This document shows, piece after piece, positions 9,567-20,003 of a DNA stretch of 36,722 nucleotides. The stretch covers positions 9,808-46,529 of the forward strand of contig CAKMZE010000001.1 in assembly GCA_929200295.1 (NCBI GenBank). The letters are read 5' to 3'. The notes under the pieces are model-generated. The model had not been told where the DNA came from, made no database searches, and saw only the letters and a list, made by a program, of their open reading frames with translations. Position 1 is the stretch's first letter, and the number at the start of each line of letters is the position of its first letter. The stretch is from an uncultured Alphaproteobacteria bacterium (GTDB taxonomy: Bacteria > Pseudomonadota > Alphaproteobacteria > Rhodobacterales > Rhodobacteraceae). The translations under genes were made by a program, and so were the position numbers.

Positions 9567-9591
9567 AATTTACCCCCATTGGGGGTAAATT
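9567..9591. repeat. Near-perfect 25-bp palindrome between convergent genes (terminator or REP-like)
   Basis: AATTTACCCCCA-T-TGGGGGTAAATT. Confidence 0.75.
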
Positions 9592-9604
9592 AAAGGTGTT
9601 GGGC

Positions 9605-10915
9605 TTACAGCACGTAGCGGCTTACATCGGTTGAGCGGCTCAGTTCGCCCAGATGTGTTTCGACGAAATCTGCATCGACGCGGATCTCCTCACCGCTTTG
9701 GTCGGGGGCGTTAAAGGACAGATCCTCAAAAACCCGTTCCATCACGGTGTATAGCCTGCGCGCACCGATGTTCTCAACGGCCTCGTTCACCTCTGCGGCG
9801 ATCTTGGCCAATGCTGAAATACCATCATCTGTAAAGGTCACTGTCACCTCTTCGGTCTGCATAAGGGCCGTGTACTGCCGGGTCAGCGCATTGTCTGTCT
9901 CTGTGAGAATACGCACAAAATCAGCCTCTGTGAGCGCGCGTAATTCAACGCGGATTGGCAGACGCCCCTGAAGCTCTGGCAATAGGTCCGAAGGCTTGGC
10001 CACATGAAACGCGCCAGACGCGATAAACAGGATATGATCGGTTTTCACCGGCCCATGTTTCGTCGAAACAGTCGTGCCCTCAATCAATGGCAAAAGATCG
10101 CGTTGCACCCCCTCGCGTGACACATCAGCACCGCGCGCATCTGCGCGCGCACAGACTTTGTCAATCTCATCGAGAAACACGATCCCTGCGGTCTCAACAG
10201 CCTCCATCGCGGCCTTTGTCACGTTTTCATCGTCCAGCAGCTTATCCGCCTCATCGGCGACCAGCACGTCATAGCTTTCGGATACAGTCATCCGTTTTGT
10301 GACGGTCCGGTTCATACCCATTTTACCGAAAAGATCACCAATATTCATGATCCCGCCCATAGCGCCGCCGGGCTGCCCGGGGATTTCAAATCCGCTCATC
10401 GGGCTCGAGGTATCTGCCAGCTCAAGCTCAATCTCGGTATCATCCAGCTCACCTGATTTGAGCTTTTTGCGGAACATGTCGCGCGTGGCATCGCGTGCAT
10501 CCTCACCGGCAATCGCAGTAATTACGCGCTCTTCGGCTGCGGCACGCGCGCGTGCTTTCACAGCCTCGCGCATGTGGGCACGGGTATCAAGGATCGCCGT
10601 ATCCAAGAGATCACGAATAATCTGTTCCACATCGCGGCCCACATAGCCCACTTCGGTAAACTTCGTTGCCTCGACCTTGATAAATGGGGCCTTCGCCAGT
10701 TTTGCCAAACGGCGCGAGATTTCCGTCTTACCCACACCCGTTGGCCCGATCATCAGGATGTTCTTTGGATAGACCTCATTGCGCAGATCATCGCTCAGCT
10801 GATTGCGCCGCCAACGGTTACGCAAGGCCACAGCAACTGCGCGCTTTGCGTCCTTTTGACCGATGATAAAACGATCAAGCTCGGACACGATCTCACGGGG
10901 GGTTAGGTCAGTCAT
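9605..10915 (-). CDS. hslU: ATP-dependent protease ATPase subunit HslU
   Basis: [62 protein letters not shown]. True start is ATG 10915. Confidence 0.98.
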   Translation of the reverse strand: MTDLTPREIVSELDRFIIGQKDAKRAVAVALRNRWRRNQLSDDLRNEVYPKNILMIGPTGVGKTEISRRLAKLAKAPFIKVEATKFTEVGYVGRDVEQIIRDLLDTAILDTRAHMREAVKARARAAAEERVITAIAGEDARDATRDMFRKKLKSGELDDTEIELELADTSSPMSGFEIPGQPGGAMGGIMNIGDLFGKMGMNRTVTKRMTVSESYDVLVADEADKLLDDENVTKAAMEAVETAGIVFLDEIDKVCARADARGADVSREGVQRDLLPLIEGTTVSTKHGPVKTDHILFIASGAFHVAKPSDLLPELQGRLPIRVELRALTEADFVRILTETDNALTRQYTALMQTEEVTVTFTDDGISALAKIAAEVNEAVENIGARRLYTVMERVFEDLSFNAPDQSGEEIRVDADFVETHLGELSRSTDVSRYVL

Positions 10916-10925
10916 TTCAGGTCTT

Positions 10926-11990
10926 TCAAACAGAGGGGGGCAAGCGGTCAAGCGGGATGAAACCGGGCAAAAGGCGCAACAAACGCGCGCGGATTTTCTC
11001 CCAATACGCGCCGAGGAGCAAAAGAACGATACCAAGGATGAGCACAGTCATCGCCGCACCTTCCCCGTCAAACACGCTGCCCGCAAGCGCCACAATATAG
11101 CCGATTGCGGCGATAAGAAACGACCGCCTGTCGATAATGATCGCCACAGCCGCAAAGCAGAGCAAAAAGCCAGAGAGCATCAAATACGCGCCAGATGACC
11201 CTTCAGCCAAGAGCGACAAAGCAACCGTATTCACCAATGCCGGGGCCGCAACCACATGCAGCCAAAACCCATTTGCAGAACGGCGCGTCACACGGTGGGG
11301 ATCAGACATATCAAACATCATCGCCACGGCAAAAACCGCAACACCGACAAGCAGCGTGATCCATGCAAAGGGCCCACCTGCTGAAAATAAGAACAGCTCA
11401 GAAATGCTTTGTGGTGAACCCTGATCAACAGCTGCAATCAGAATAGCGGTGGCAAAAACCCCAACTGCGATCATCGCCATGGCAAATGGCACGCGAAACC
11501 GGAACCAATATAGAAAGACGACAATCGTGCTTAGAATAAACGGCAGCGGCAGGCTGTCAAAGTTGTTCTGCGCGACCATAAAGGGCTCGGTGAAATAGAG
11601 CGAAAAAGCCAATGCCGCATTTCCGGCAAAAAGCACAGAGAGACAAATTGCCGGGGCAACCATCCTGCGGCGGCGGATAAAATACTCTGATAGGGCCCAG
11701 ATAATAAGCGCCGCGGAAAGCCCATAGGTGATCGCGCCTTGTTGCGGGTTTGTGATGCGGCTAGCGGCAGAAAACGCCGTCACACTGATCCATCCTCCGG
11801 CGAGGATCAGCAGACCAATCACGATGAATATCTCGTTAAACCCTTTAAAAAGCTCAAACGGTTCATCACCAGGTGCCAGATCTGTTCTCGCCCCCTGCCT
11901 GCTATCGGCAAGTGCGGTCAGCGACACAGCCTGCGCCTCGTCCAAAATGCCAGCGCTCACAGCGGCCCTTATGTCATCGCGATCTATCAT
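10926..11990 (-). CDS. Conserved-looking polytopic membrane protein of unknown function
   Basis: About 10 hydrophobic segments, AGGA RBS, and its stop is 10 nt upstream of the hslU start. Confidence 0.8.
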   Translation of the reverse strand: MIDRDDIRAAVSAGILDEAQAVSLTALADSRQGARTDLAPGDEPFELFKGFNEIFIVIGLLILAGGWISVTAFSAASRITNPQQGAITYGLSAALIIWALSEYFIRRRRMVAPAICLSVLFAGNAALAFSLYFTEPFMVAQNNFDSLPLPFILSTIVVFLYWFRFRVPFAMAMIAVGVFATAILIAAVDQGSPQSISELFLFSAGGPFAWITLLVGVAVFAVAMMFDMSDPHRVTRRSANGFWLHVVAAPALVNTVALSLLAEGSSGAYLMLSGFLLCFAAVAIIIDRRSFLIAAIGYIVALAGSVFDGEGAAMTVLILGIVLLLLGAYWEKIRARLLRLLPGFIPLDRLPPSV

Positions 11991-12014
11991 GCGTTATCCT
12001 GTTAGGTAGTTATT

Positions 12015-12043
12015 ACTTATGACCTTTGCGCGTTGTTTCCAAG
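12015..12043 (-). promoter_or_regulatory. Candidate promoter (CTTG-N18-CATAAGT) for membrane gene plus hslU
   Basis: Minus strand reads CTTGgaaacaacgcgcaaaggtCATAAGT, resembling alphaproteobacterial RpoH/sigma70-type promoters. Confidence 0.35.
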
Positions 12044-12156
12044 AGCGACCAGAGTTTCACGCTCTGACACAGATGATCACAAAACTGTGGGGCCCATAGC
12101 CGCGCAAATCCCCGCAGGATACAGTTGAACCCAAGAAACAAATGTGGAGATACCCA

Positions 12157-12522
12157 ATGCAACGACGCAAATTTTTAACAACGGCCCTCGCCATAACAGC
12201 CTTGCCTGCCTTTGCTGGTGGTCATGGACGGCTTTTTAGCTTTGAGGGGATCAATGGCCATACGGTGACCGGCACAGCCGAGATTGTGGGCACAACGATC
12301 CATCTGCTTGATGATTTCGTCTTTGACGGCGCGCCTGATCCAAAAATCGCCCTTGGCAAGGATGGCGCATATGACCCTGAAACCCTCTCGGGCGAATTGG
12401 TCGCTTATGAGGGTGCGTCTAGCTACGAATTGCCCGCAGGCATTAACCCCGATGATTATAATGAGGTCTGGGTTTGGTGCGAGCGTTTTAACGTGGGGCT
12501 CGGCACGGCTTCTGAGGCCTGA
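12157..12522 (+). CDS. DM13 domain protein with twin-arginine (Tat) signal
   Basis: MQRRKFLTTALA..PAFA signal; GHTVTG, FDGAPDP, GASSYELPAGI, YNEVWVWCERFNV are typical of DM13; GGAG RBS. Confidence 0.8.
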   Translation: MQRRKFLTTALAITALPAFAGGHGRLFSFEGINGHTVTGTAEIVGTTIHLLDDFVFDGAPDPKIALGKDGAYDPETLSGELVAYEGASSYELPAGINPDDYNEVWVWCERFNVGLGTASEA

Positions 12523-12529
12523 AGCGACC

Positions 12530-13087
12530 TCAGGCTTTGAGGGTTTCGACCGTCAAATTACCATTTGTATAAACACAGATATCGGACGCAATCGCCATGG
12601 CTTTGCGTGCGATATCTTCGGCGCTCAAATCGCTGTCCATAAGCGCGCGACCCGCCGCAAGCGCATAGTTCCCGCCCGATCCAATCGCCGTTACATCATG
12701 CTCAGGCTCGAGCACATCGCCAGCACCCGTGATCACAAACAGCTCTTTCCCATCGCTCACGATCAGCATCGCCTCAAGCTTTTGCAGATATTTATCCGTG
12801 CGCCAGTCTTTGGCCAGCTCAACACTCGCCCGCGCCAGTTGACCGGGGCTCGCTTCAAGCTTTTTCTCAAGCCGTTCAAGCAAGGTAAAGGCATCCGCTG
12901 TTGAGCCGGCAAACCCAGCGATCACATCTGCCCCACCGGGTGAAAGACGCCGGACCTTTCGTGCCGTGCCCTTAATCACAGTTTGACCCAAGCTTACTTG
13001 CCCATCGCCAGCAATCACAACGCCACCACCTTTGCGTACACCGATGATCGTGGTGCCGTGCCAGCCGGGAAATGTTTCATCTGCCAT
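12530..13087 (-). CDS. hslV: ATP-dependent protease peptidase subunit HslV
   Basis: WHGTTII (catalytic N-terminal Thr after a short propeptide), [32 protein letters not shown]. Confidence 0.98.
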   Translation of the reverse strand: MADETFPGWHGTTIIGVRKGGGVVIAGDGQVSLGQTVIKGTARKVRRLSPGGADVIAGFAGSTADAFTLLERLEKKLEASPGQLARASVELAKDWRTDKYLQKLEAMLIVSDGKELFVITGAGDVLEPEHDVTAIGSGGNYALAAGRALMDSDLSAEDIARKAMAIASDICVYTNGNLTVETLKA

Positions 13088-13110
13088 AGGGTGATCCTTT
13101 CACTTTACGC

Positions 13111-13141
13111 ATATATGGCGATTACGCACACATGTGACAAG
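13111..13141 (-). promoter_or_regulatory. Candidate RpoH (sigma32) promoter of hslV
   Basis: Minus strand CTTGTC-N15-CGCCATAT upstream of a heat-shock gene. Confidence 0.55.
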
Positions 13142-13170
13142 CCACAGCACTTTATGGCGCCAAGATATAT

Positions 13171-13247
13171 CATTCTTAGGTTTTGAAATATCCCGGGGGT
13201 CTGGGGGCTGGCCCCCAGGGGTGTCGTGTCTGGGGGCTGGCCCCCAG
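13171..13247. repeat. G-rich palindromic intergenic repeat, copy 1 (48-bp unit plus a second CTGGGGGCTGGCCCCCAG hairpin)
   Basis: 13171-13218 is identical to 32111-32158. The 18-bp palindrome CTGGGGGC-TG-GCCCCCAG occurs at 13201 and again at 13230. Confidence 0.9.
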
Positions 13248-13271
13248 TCGGTTGCATCCATACCACAACAA

Positions 13272-13306
13272 TCAAAAAAGGCGCTCCCATCAGAAGCGCC
13301 TTTTGA
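13272..13306 (-). terminator. Intrinsic terminator of trxA (possibly bidirectional)
   Basis: AAAAAAGGCGCT-N9-AGCGCCTTTT; a U-tract follows the stem on the minus strand, just after the trxA stop. Confidence 0.8.
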
Positions 13307-13325
13307 AATCCGTATCATTCAAAGA

Positions 13326-13646
13326 TCAGATTGAATCGTTGATCCAGCCTTCAATGGCCGCCTTTGGCGCGGCACCTGTTTTATTGGATACAACTTCACC
13401 GTCTTTAAAAAGAAACAGCGCAGGAATACCGCGCACGCCCATTTGCCCAGGCGCGTTTGGGTTTTCGTCAACATTCACTTTGACGATTTTGACCTTGCCT
13501 TCCATCTCGGATGACAGCTCTTCCAGTGATGGGCCGATCTGCTTGCAAGGGCCGCACCATTCTGCCCAGAAATCCACCACCACGGGGATGTCTGATTGGC
13601 GAACTTCGCTGTCAAATGTGTCATCGGTAACGGCAACTGTGGCCAT
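13326..13646 (-). CDS. trxA: Thioredoxin
   Basis: [11 protein letters not shown] active site; ATG 13646 with AGGAGA RBS. Confidence 0.97.
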   Translation of the reverse strand: MATVAVTDDTFDSEVRQSDIPVVVDFWAEWCGPCKQIGPSLEELSSEMEGKVKIVKVNVDENPNAPGQMGVRGIPALFLFKDGEVVSNKTGAAPKAAIEGWINDSI

Positions 13647-13678
13647 ATCGGCTCTCCTATAAATCTGATGTGATGGGA

Positions 13679-13707
13679 ACCTAAGAACTCGGGCCAGAAT
13701 GGTCAAG
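13679..13707 (-). promoter_or_regulatory. Candidate internal promoter for trxA
   Basis: Minus strand CTTGAC..., i.e. CTTG-N18-CTTAGGT, in the addA-trxA gap. Confidence 0.4.
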
Positions 13708-13713
13708 GCACGC

Positions 13714-16700
13714 TCACGCGACGTTCACGCGCGCGAGAGCATCAGCCGCCAGTGGTATCGGTATTTGCATCAATTCGGCGGTTTCCGTCCATAAAATGGC
13801 AAGCTCAATCCGATGGTTCGGAAAGATTTGCATCAAGCCCGCATGATAAGCCCCCATTTGGCGCAGAATACCCTCGGGCGTTTCTGCCGGATGGGCCGGG
13901 GTCAGACGGTTTGTCTTATAATCGACCGCCAGCACATGGGTGTCAGAGACCAGCAACCGGTCAATCGTGCCATGAAGACGCGCGCCACCCTCCAGCGTGG
14001 CCGTAACCCCAACCTCAGCAAGGGCGTCTGGTGCAAAAAGATGCTGTAAAGCCGGGGTCTCAAGCAACGCGCAGACTTGCGAAACAAGCCCTGCATCATG
14101 GGTCTCAGTATCGGATGCGATCAGTTCAGCACCAAGGGCCGCGCGGGCCGCCTGCGGCACCAATGGAAGGTGTTCAAGCAATAAATGCACCATGCGACCA
14201 CGTGCCAATGCGTCCTCTTGGGCATCGCCGCCCGGATCGCCTGGGATAATCTTTGCGCCACCCAAATCTGATGGCGACAGTGTTTTGCGCTTTTCTGGCA
14301 CAGCCACCGCCGCAAACTGTGGCGGCGCGGGCAATGGTTGCACTTGCTTATCGGCCGTAACAATACCGCCTTTATCCCACACCCCGTGGCTGACCCGCCG
14401 GGCCGTGAGATCGCTGACACTTACATCTTCATCGCCTGCATGGCGCATGCCATCGGCAATAATGTTGTACCAGCTCTCATCTCCGCTACCGATATTGCCT
14501 GCGGCCCCCACAATCAGCCATTTTTCGGCCCGCGTCATCGCCACATAGAGCAGGCGCATCCGTTCTTCGGCCTGTTTATCGCGAATTTGATCGCGTAGAT
14601 CGCTAAGGGCTGGCGGGCTCTCATCCACGGGCATTTTCCACAGTACATGGTCACCTGATGGGAAAAGCTCGGCCTTGGCCTGGTTTTCGCGCTTCGCGGT
14701 GTCAGGCAAAAACACAATTGGCGCCTCAAGCCCCTTGGCACCGTGTACCGTCATCACTCTGATCTGATCGCCTTGACTGTCCATCTGGCGCTTGATCTCA
14801 ATGTCGTCCGTTTCCATCCACGATAAAAACCCGGTGATGCTCGGCACTGCGGTGCTTTCGTAGCTCAGGGCCTGCGACAGCAAGGCATCGATCCCATCCT
14901 CGGCCTCGGCACCCATCCGGGCGAGTAGCTTGCGGCGCCCATCATGGCGGGTCAAAATCCGCGCGATCAGGTCATAGGGGCGCAAAAAATCGGCCTGTTT
15001 GCGCAAATCATACAAGACATCCAGCGTATCCTGATGGCCCTCTGCATCACGTAGCGCGGCCCAAAGATACCCCTTTTCAGGCCGATGATGCGCAAGACTA
15101 AAGAGCGCTTGCTCATCCCACCCAAAGAGTGGTGATTTGAGCGCAGCGGCCAAGGACAAATCATCCTCGGGCAAGGCAAGAAAAGACAAAAGCGCGGTCA
15201 AATCCTTGACCGCCAGCTCAGCCCCGAGACGCAAGCGGTCCGCACCTGCCACTTGCAGATTTGCCGCTTTGCAGGCGCGAATGATCTCTGAAAACAGATC
15301 AGATCGGCGTTGCACAAGGATCAGGATATCGCCTTCGGTAATCTTGCGTCGCCCATAGGTGCCTGTTTCACCGATCTCAACAGGCAGGGTGTCATGCGCC
15401 ATCATATGGGTGATCTGCGCTGCGATACGATTGGCCATTTGCACCGTCACATGGCTGTCCGCGATATGATCAACGGGCTGGGTCCAATCCAATGGCTCCT
15501 CTTCGGCCTCGTCTGCAATCACGGGCCAAAGATCGACGCGCCCGGGCATCTGGTCCTTAAACGCCGAATGAAACACGCGCACATCGAGACCCGCACCCTG
15601 GTCGCCTGCAAATGTGCTATCGACCACTCGCAAAATCGCTTGGGATGAGCGGAATGAATAATCCAGTGAGCGGTCAAACAATTGATAGCCCGCGTTCTGC
15701 AACCCTTGGGCAAAGTGATGCTTCATCTGGTCAAAGGCCTGTGGATCAGCCCCCTGAAACGAATAGATTGATTGCTTTTTATCCCCCACCACAAAGATCG
15801 TGCGCTGGCGATCCGGGTCAACCCCTTCGCCTGCGGTGAACTCTTCGGTCAGTTGTTTGATCACGGTCCATTGATCTGGCGATGTATCTTGTGCCTCATC
15901 CACAAGCACGTGATCGATCCCACCATCCAGCCGGAACAGCACCCATTGTGCCAAAGCTCGGTCAGTCAAAAGCCGCCGGGTCTTACGGATCAGATCATCA
16001 AAATCAAGCGCGCCAACAGCCAATTTGCGCGCCTCATAGGCAGGCACATACACCTGCGCAAAATCATAAAGCGCGCGGGTTTTCTCAAGCGTGTGCAGGG
16101 CTAGGCGATCCGCGCGCGCCTCTTGCACGGTTTCCATCATCACAGCCAGCTCATCGCAAATATCTGGGTGTGCGGCGCGCAAATCCTTTGTCGGAAAGCT
16201 ATCGATTTTAGCGCTATATGGCGATTTGGCTAATTTTCCTGTGAGAAACACATCCTCTAGGATTGCGAGATCTGCGATGTCACCCGTGATATTGGCCAGC
16301 TTTACGGCGGCTTTTTGATCGGTGGATTTCCCAGTTTTGCATATCGTGGTCACCTGCCGAATAAGGGCCAAACCCGCTTCATCCAAAATCGTGTCGCGCA
16401 AGAGATCAAGCGTGATATTCTGGGTCAACTCAAGCAACCCGCGCAGGGTGTCATCTGACACAGGATGCGCAAACGCATCACGCCGTGATGCGATCTCTGC
16501 GGTAAACCGGTCAAGCTCCAGCCCTTTAAAATGCCGCATCATTGCGTGCACTGGGGCGGGCGATGTGACGAGCAGTTGATCGATCACTTCAGCACGCAGT
16601 AAGGCGGCTTGGTGATCTTCCATCTCGCGGAACTGTGGGCTGACGCCAGCCTCAAGCGGGAACCGTCGTAACACCCCTGCGCAAAACGAGTGGATGGTTT

Positions 16701-17061
16701 GAATTTTCAAACCACCGGGCGTTTCGATCGCACGGGCAAATAATGTCCGCGCCGAAGCGAGCTCATCGCGCGCGATCTCGCCAGAAAACCCGAGCTTTTG
16801 CAGATCGGCACGCAGATCCTGATCGGGCATCATCGCCCACGCGCCAAGCCGCTTGAACAAGCGGTTTTGCATCTCGGCTGCGGCAGCCTTGGTATATGTC
16901 AGGCAAAGGATATTTTGCGGGTCAACCTTTTCCAGCAAGAGCCGCGCCACACGGTCTGTCAAAACCCGGGTTTTCCCGGACCCCGCATTCGCAGAAAGCC
17001 AGGTTGAGGCGAGCGGATCCGCCGCATCAACCTGTGCCTGAGAGGCTTTATCGCGGATCAT
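13714..17061 (-). CDS. addA: Double-strand break repair helicase/nuclease AddA
   Basis: [64 protein letters not shown] and C-terminal GTIDRL..VDYKT nuclease. ATG 17061 overlaps the addB stop. Confidence 0.96.
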   Translation of the reverse strand: MIRDKASQAQVDAADPLASTWLSANAGSGKTRVLTDRVARLLLEKVDPQNILCLTYTKAAAAEMQNRLFKRLGAWAMMPDQDLRADLQKLGFSGEIARDELASARTLFARAIETPGGLKIQTIHSFCAGVLRRFPLEAGVSPQFREMEDHQAALLRAEVIDQLLVTSPAPVHAMMRHFKGLELDRFTAEIASRRDAFAHPVSDDTLRGLLELTQNITLDLLRDTILDEAGLALIRQVTTICKTGKSTDQKAAVKLANITGDIADLAILEDVFLTGKLAKSPYSAKIDSFPTKDLRAAHPDICDELAVMMETVQEARADRLALHTLEKTRALYDFAQVYVPAYEARKLAVGALDFDDLIRKTRRLLTDRALAQWVLFRLDGGIDHVLVDEAQDTSPDQWTVIKQLTEEFTAGEGVDPDRQRTIFVVGDKKQSIYSFQGADPQAFDQMKHHFAQGLQNAGYQLFDRSLDYSFRSSQAILRVVDSTFAGDQGAGLDVRVFHSAFKDQMPGRVDLWPVIADEAEEEPLDWTQPVDHIADSHVTVQMANRIAAQITHMMAHDTLPVEIGETGTYGRRKITEGDILILVQRRSDLFSEIIRACKAANLQVAGADRLRLGAELAVKDLTALLSFLALPEDDLSLAAALKSPLFGWDEQALFSLAHHRPEKGYLWAALRDAEGHQDTLDVLYDLRKQADFLRPYDLIARILTRHDGRRKLLARMGAEAEDGIDALLSQALSYESTAVPSITGFLSWMETDDIEIKRQMDSQGDQIRVMTVHGAKGLEAPIVFLPDTAKRENQAKAELFPSGDHVLWKMPVDESPPALSDLRDQIRDKQAEERMRLLYVAMTRAEKWLIVGAAGNIGSGDESWYNIIADGMRHAGDEDVSVSDLTARRVSHGVWDKGGIVTADKQVQPLPAPPQFAAVAVPEKRKTLSPSDLGGAKIIPGDPGGDAQEDALARGRMVHLLLEHLPLVPQAARAALGAELIASDTETHDAGLVSQVCALLETPALQHLFAPDALAEVGVTATLEGGARLHGTIDRLLVSDTHVLAVDYKTNRLTPAHPAETPEGILRQMGAYHAGLMQIFPNHRIELAILWTETAELMQIPIPLAADALARVNVA

Positions 17062-20003
17062 GTCAGCACCTCTGACTTTGCAGGATCGCCAAGCTTCCAC
17101 TCACCGAACCGTGCTAGATGATCATAGTCGCTTTGATCTATCCGCGATTGTAATGCGCGGCGTGCGGTGTAGCCGTTTTCTGGCTTCTGCCAATATTGCA
17201 GATGCTGCTCAAGCTCGACCCAGATTTGTGCGGTTGTCAGTGTGGCAAGCGGGGCTGCGACATCTCTCATGCCCGTATTCACAGCGACAAATTCTGCGAG
17301 CTCTACGTTGCGTATTCCAAGGCTTTCGAATGCGCCTTTTTCGACCATCACGGCCTCGACCAAGAGCTGTTTGTCGAACTTTTTTTGCACAGCGACAGAG
17401 GGCACGAGCCCGGTCTTATAGTCATAAATCAATGCGGCCCCAGCGTCCGTCAGATCAAACCGGTCCGCTTTGCAGGTGACCGTCACATCGACCGATGGCA
17501 TATGCATTTCACCCCAAGCCTCGGTCGCGCCAAGATCGCCTTTGGTTTGCCGTGCAGCCTCGCCCGCGAGAAAAGGATCAATGATATTGTCAAACTGTGC
17601 CAACCAAAGCGCGCGCATCGTTGGCCATGGACATTGTGTTGTAAACTCTTGCTCTGCGATATCGCGCAGTTTTTGATGAGCCGCAGCCGTCGTTGGATCG
17701 CATTTTTCAGCGACAAAACGTTCCAGAACCGTGTGCAAAATCACACCGCGTAATGATGCCTCGGCCTGCGGCGTCAAAAGATCAAGCGGCTTGAGGCGTA
17801 ACACTTCGCGGGCGTAAATCGCATAAGGGTCACGGATCAGCGTTTTGATCTGTGTGACAGAAAGCTTGCGCGGGCGTGCCGCAATAGGCGGCTGTGGTGA
17901 TGGGCGGGGTGATGGGGCAACGGCCTGTTGTGGGCGCGACAGCGCCTCAGCCGTTGCAAGCCAATCGCCCCCGCGTGCGCGCATGGCATTCACAGCCTCA
18001 GTACCGCCTTGCTGCGGCAAGCCGTTGAGCAGGTTCAACAATCGATTGACCCAGCGCGATGGTACGGTTTCAGCATCTGCGCTACGTTTTGACCGGGTGA
18101 TCCAAACGGCGCGCCCGGCAACCGCCTGTTGAAAATCATGCGCTGAAAGCCCGATGCGTCGCTCAGGCAAAAGCAGGCCCGCCTTTGCCCGCATCGCCCG
18201 ATTAAGCCAAGGGTCAGGTGCGGGGGCCTCGGGCCAAACACCCTCGTTCATGCCGCCAAGGATTGTCAGGTCTGCGCCCTGCACGCGCGCCTCGAGCGTG
18301 CCCCAGATCAATACTTGTGGGTGTCCTTTATCGCGCTCGCGGACAACGCCTTGGGACAGGACATTGCTAAAGAGCGCTGCAAAATCATGTGGCGCGAGGG
18401 TGCCTGCGGCATCGGCGTCTCTTTGCAGTGTTTCGCAAACTCGTTTCGCTTCGCGCCCTGCGGTTTCGTCCCATAACGTGCCTGTATTGCCTTCCCCCGC
18501 ATCACGCCCTGCGGCAAATGCCTCGGCCAATTTCAGAACATGCGCAAGCTGATCTTGCAAACCAGCCTCGGATATTGGGCTGGCGCGATCTAGCATTGCG
18601 CCAACCCATAAAGCCCAGTCGTGCTTTGTCTCATCTTGTGTCGCGGCCCAGTTGGCCAGCGTTTCAGCAGTTGGAAAGGGGATGCTCTTGCGGCGCACAT
18701 AAAGCTCGAGCAGCCGGGTGTTCAGCAAATGCGGCCCGCGATTTTCTGATCCTGTGTAGCTTAGCGGATGTTTTAAGATCACCAAGAGCGCCTCACTGGT
18801 CAAAGGGCGCGTCACGAGATCTAAGATATGTCGCAAGAACCGCCCCGGCGGCGAAAGCGTGAGCGGCGTACCAGCACTGTCATCTGGGGTGATATCCCAT
18901 CGATCCAATGCCGAGGCCACCTGGCGCGTGAGCATACGGTCGGGCGTGATGAGGGCGGCTGTGATCCCATCATCCACGGCTTGTCTTAGACGCAGCGCAA
19001 TGGCCTCTGCTTCGGCGCGCGGTGATGGCGCTTCGAGCAATGTGATTGCCTCGGTCGCGGTTTTCAGATCCCCCAAACCCGGCCCATCACGCAGCCATTG
19101 ATCGGTGACAGGGGCAGGGCGCAGTGCCAATGACACTAACGCATTGCGTTCGGGTGACATCGGCTGTGTATCTGTCCACGGCTGAATATCCTGTGGCGAG
19201 ATGCCTGCAAGATCCATGAATTTACGGAACCGAAATTGTGGGTGATCCTCGCCGCCTTTTGCACCATCCATTGCGTCCCAGACGGGTTGCGGCAGATCAA
19301 AATCATAGCCGGGTAAGATCACCGCCCCTTGCGGCATCTTTGCGACCGCGTTCATGAACAAAGCTGTCGCGCCACGCGATCCGGTGGAGCCTGCCACGAT
19401 AATGGGGTCTGCCGGCGGGGTGGCTGACCAGGCGGCATCTAAGGCTTCAATCACCTGTCTTTGGCGGGCTTCTTTGTCAGGGGCGGTTTCACCACGGTCA
19501 AAATACGGTGCGATGATCGACAAAAACCGTAACGCACGGTCCCAGTGGCCTGACTGGTCACTGATATCGAGCGCCTGCAAGACTGATGGTGGCACACCCT
19601 CGCCTTGCATTTCATCCATCAGGTTGGCGAGACTATCTGACAGATCATAAAGCGCCGCACGTGGCGCAAGATCAGGCTCTTGCGTTAATAAAGCGGCGAC
19701 AAATTTTGACAGCTCCAAGCGGCGGCGCAAAGGGCTAATGGGGGCAGCAAGGTGCTGTGCCATAGGTTCAAGCGCAAGATCAGTCACCAGTTGCACGCGC
19801 GGCAGCAGCCGCGCTGGACCCTGATCAAACACATCGCGTAGGCGGCGCTGCATCCGCGCAGTGTTTACAAACACGCGCGCCTTAGCGAGCTGTTGTGGCC
19901 CGACATCTGCACTGCGATCAACGAGACCCTGCACCAATGCGGTCGCAAAATCCACGCCGGGTGGTAGGCCGAAAACACGTGGGTTGCTGGTTGGGTCAAA
20001 CAT
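17058..20003 (-). CDS. addB: Double-strand break repair protein AddB
   Basis: AGSTGSRG, IWGTLEARVQ, LSVTQIKTLIRDPYAIYA and C-terminal KADRFD..DYKTG PD-(D/E)XK nuclease; immediately upstream of addA. Confidence 0.95.
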   Translation of the reverse strand: MFDPTSNPRVFGLPPGVDFATALVQGLVDRSADVGPQQLAKARVFVNTARMQRRLRDVFDQGPARLLPRVQLVTDLALEPMAQHLAAPISPLRRRLELSKFVAALLTQEPDLAPRAALYDLSDSLANLMDEMQGEGVPPSVLQALDISDQSGHWDRALRFLSIIAPYFDRGETAPDKEARQRQVIEALDAAWSATPPADPIIVAGSTGSRGATALFMNAVAKMPQGAVILPGYDFDLPQPVWDAMDGAKGGEDHPQFRFRKFMDLAGISPQDIQPWTDTQPMSPERNALVSLALRPAPVTDQWLRDGPGLGDLKTATEAITLLEAPSPRAEAEAIALRLRQAVDDGITAALITPDRMLTRQVASALDRWDITPDDSAGTPLTLSPPGRFLRHILDLVTRPLTSEALLVILKHPLSYTGSENRGPHLLNTRLLELYVRRKSIPFPTAETLANWAATQDETKHDWALWVGAMLDRASPISEAGLQDQLAHVLKLAEAFAAGRDAGEGNTGTLWDETAGREAKRVCETLQRDADAAGTLAPHDFAALFSNVLSQGVVRERDKGHPQVLIWGTLEARVQGADLTILGGMNEGVWPEAPAPDPWLNRAMRAKAGLLLPERRIGLSAHDFQQAVAGRAVWITRSKRSADAETVPSRWVNRLLNLLNGLPQQGGTEAVNAMRARGGDWLATAEALSRPQQAVAPSPRPSPQPPIAARPRKLSVTQIKTLIRDPYAIYAREVLRLKPLDLLTPQAEASLRGVILHTVLERFVAEKCDPTTAAAHQKLRDIAEQEFTTQCPWPTMRALWLAQFDNIIDPFLAGEAARQTKGDLGATEAWGEMHMPSVDVTVTCKADRFDLTDAGAALIYDYKTGLVPSVAVQKKFDKQLLVEAVMVEKGAFESLGIRNVELAEFVAVNTGMRDVAAPLATLTTAQIWVELEQHLQYWQKPENGYTARRALQSRIDQSDYDHLARFGEWKLGDPAKSEVLT

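Noticed and set aside
13201-13247. Two 18-bp palindromic repeats with a spacer as a mini CRISPR array
   Set aside because: Only two units, an 11-bp spacer, no leader and no cas genes.
13249-13256. CGGTTGCA half-site of the LacI operator
   Set aside because: Half-site only, in an unrelated locus; expected by chance.
13183-13662. ORFs starting MKYPGGLGAGPQ here and at 32123-32308
   Set aside because: The shared N-terminus is just the translated 48-bp repeat (TTG start, no RBS); the remainders are antisense to trxA and to the oxidoreductase.
13714-20003. Helicase plus nuclease pair as an anti-phage defence system
   Set aside because: Canonical AddAB in its conserved trxA/tsaE context.
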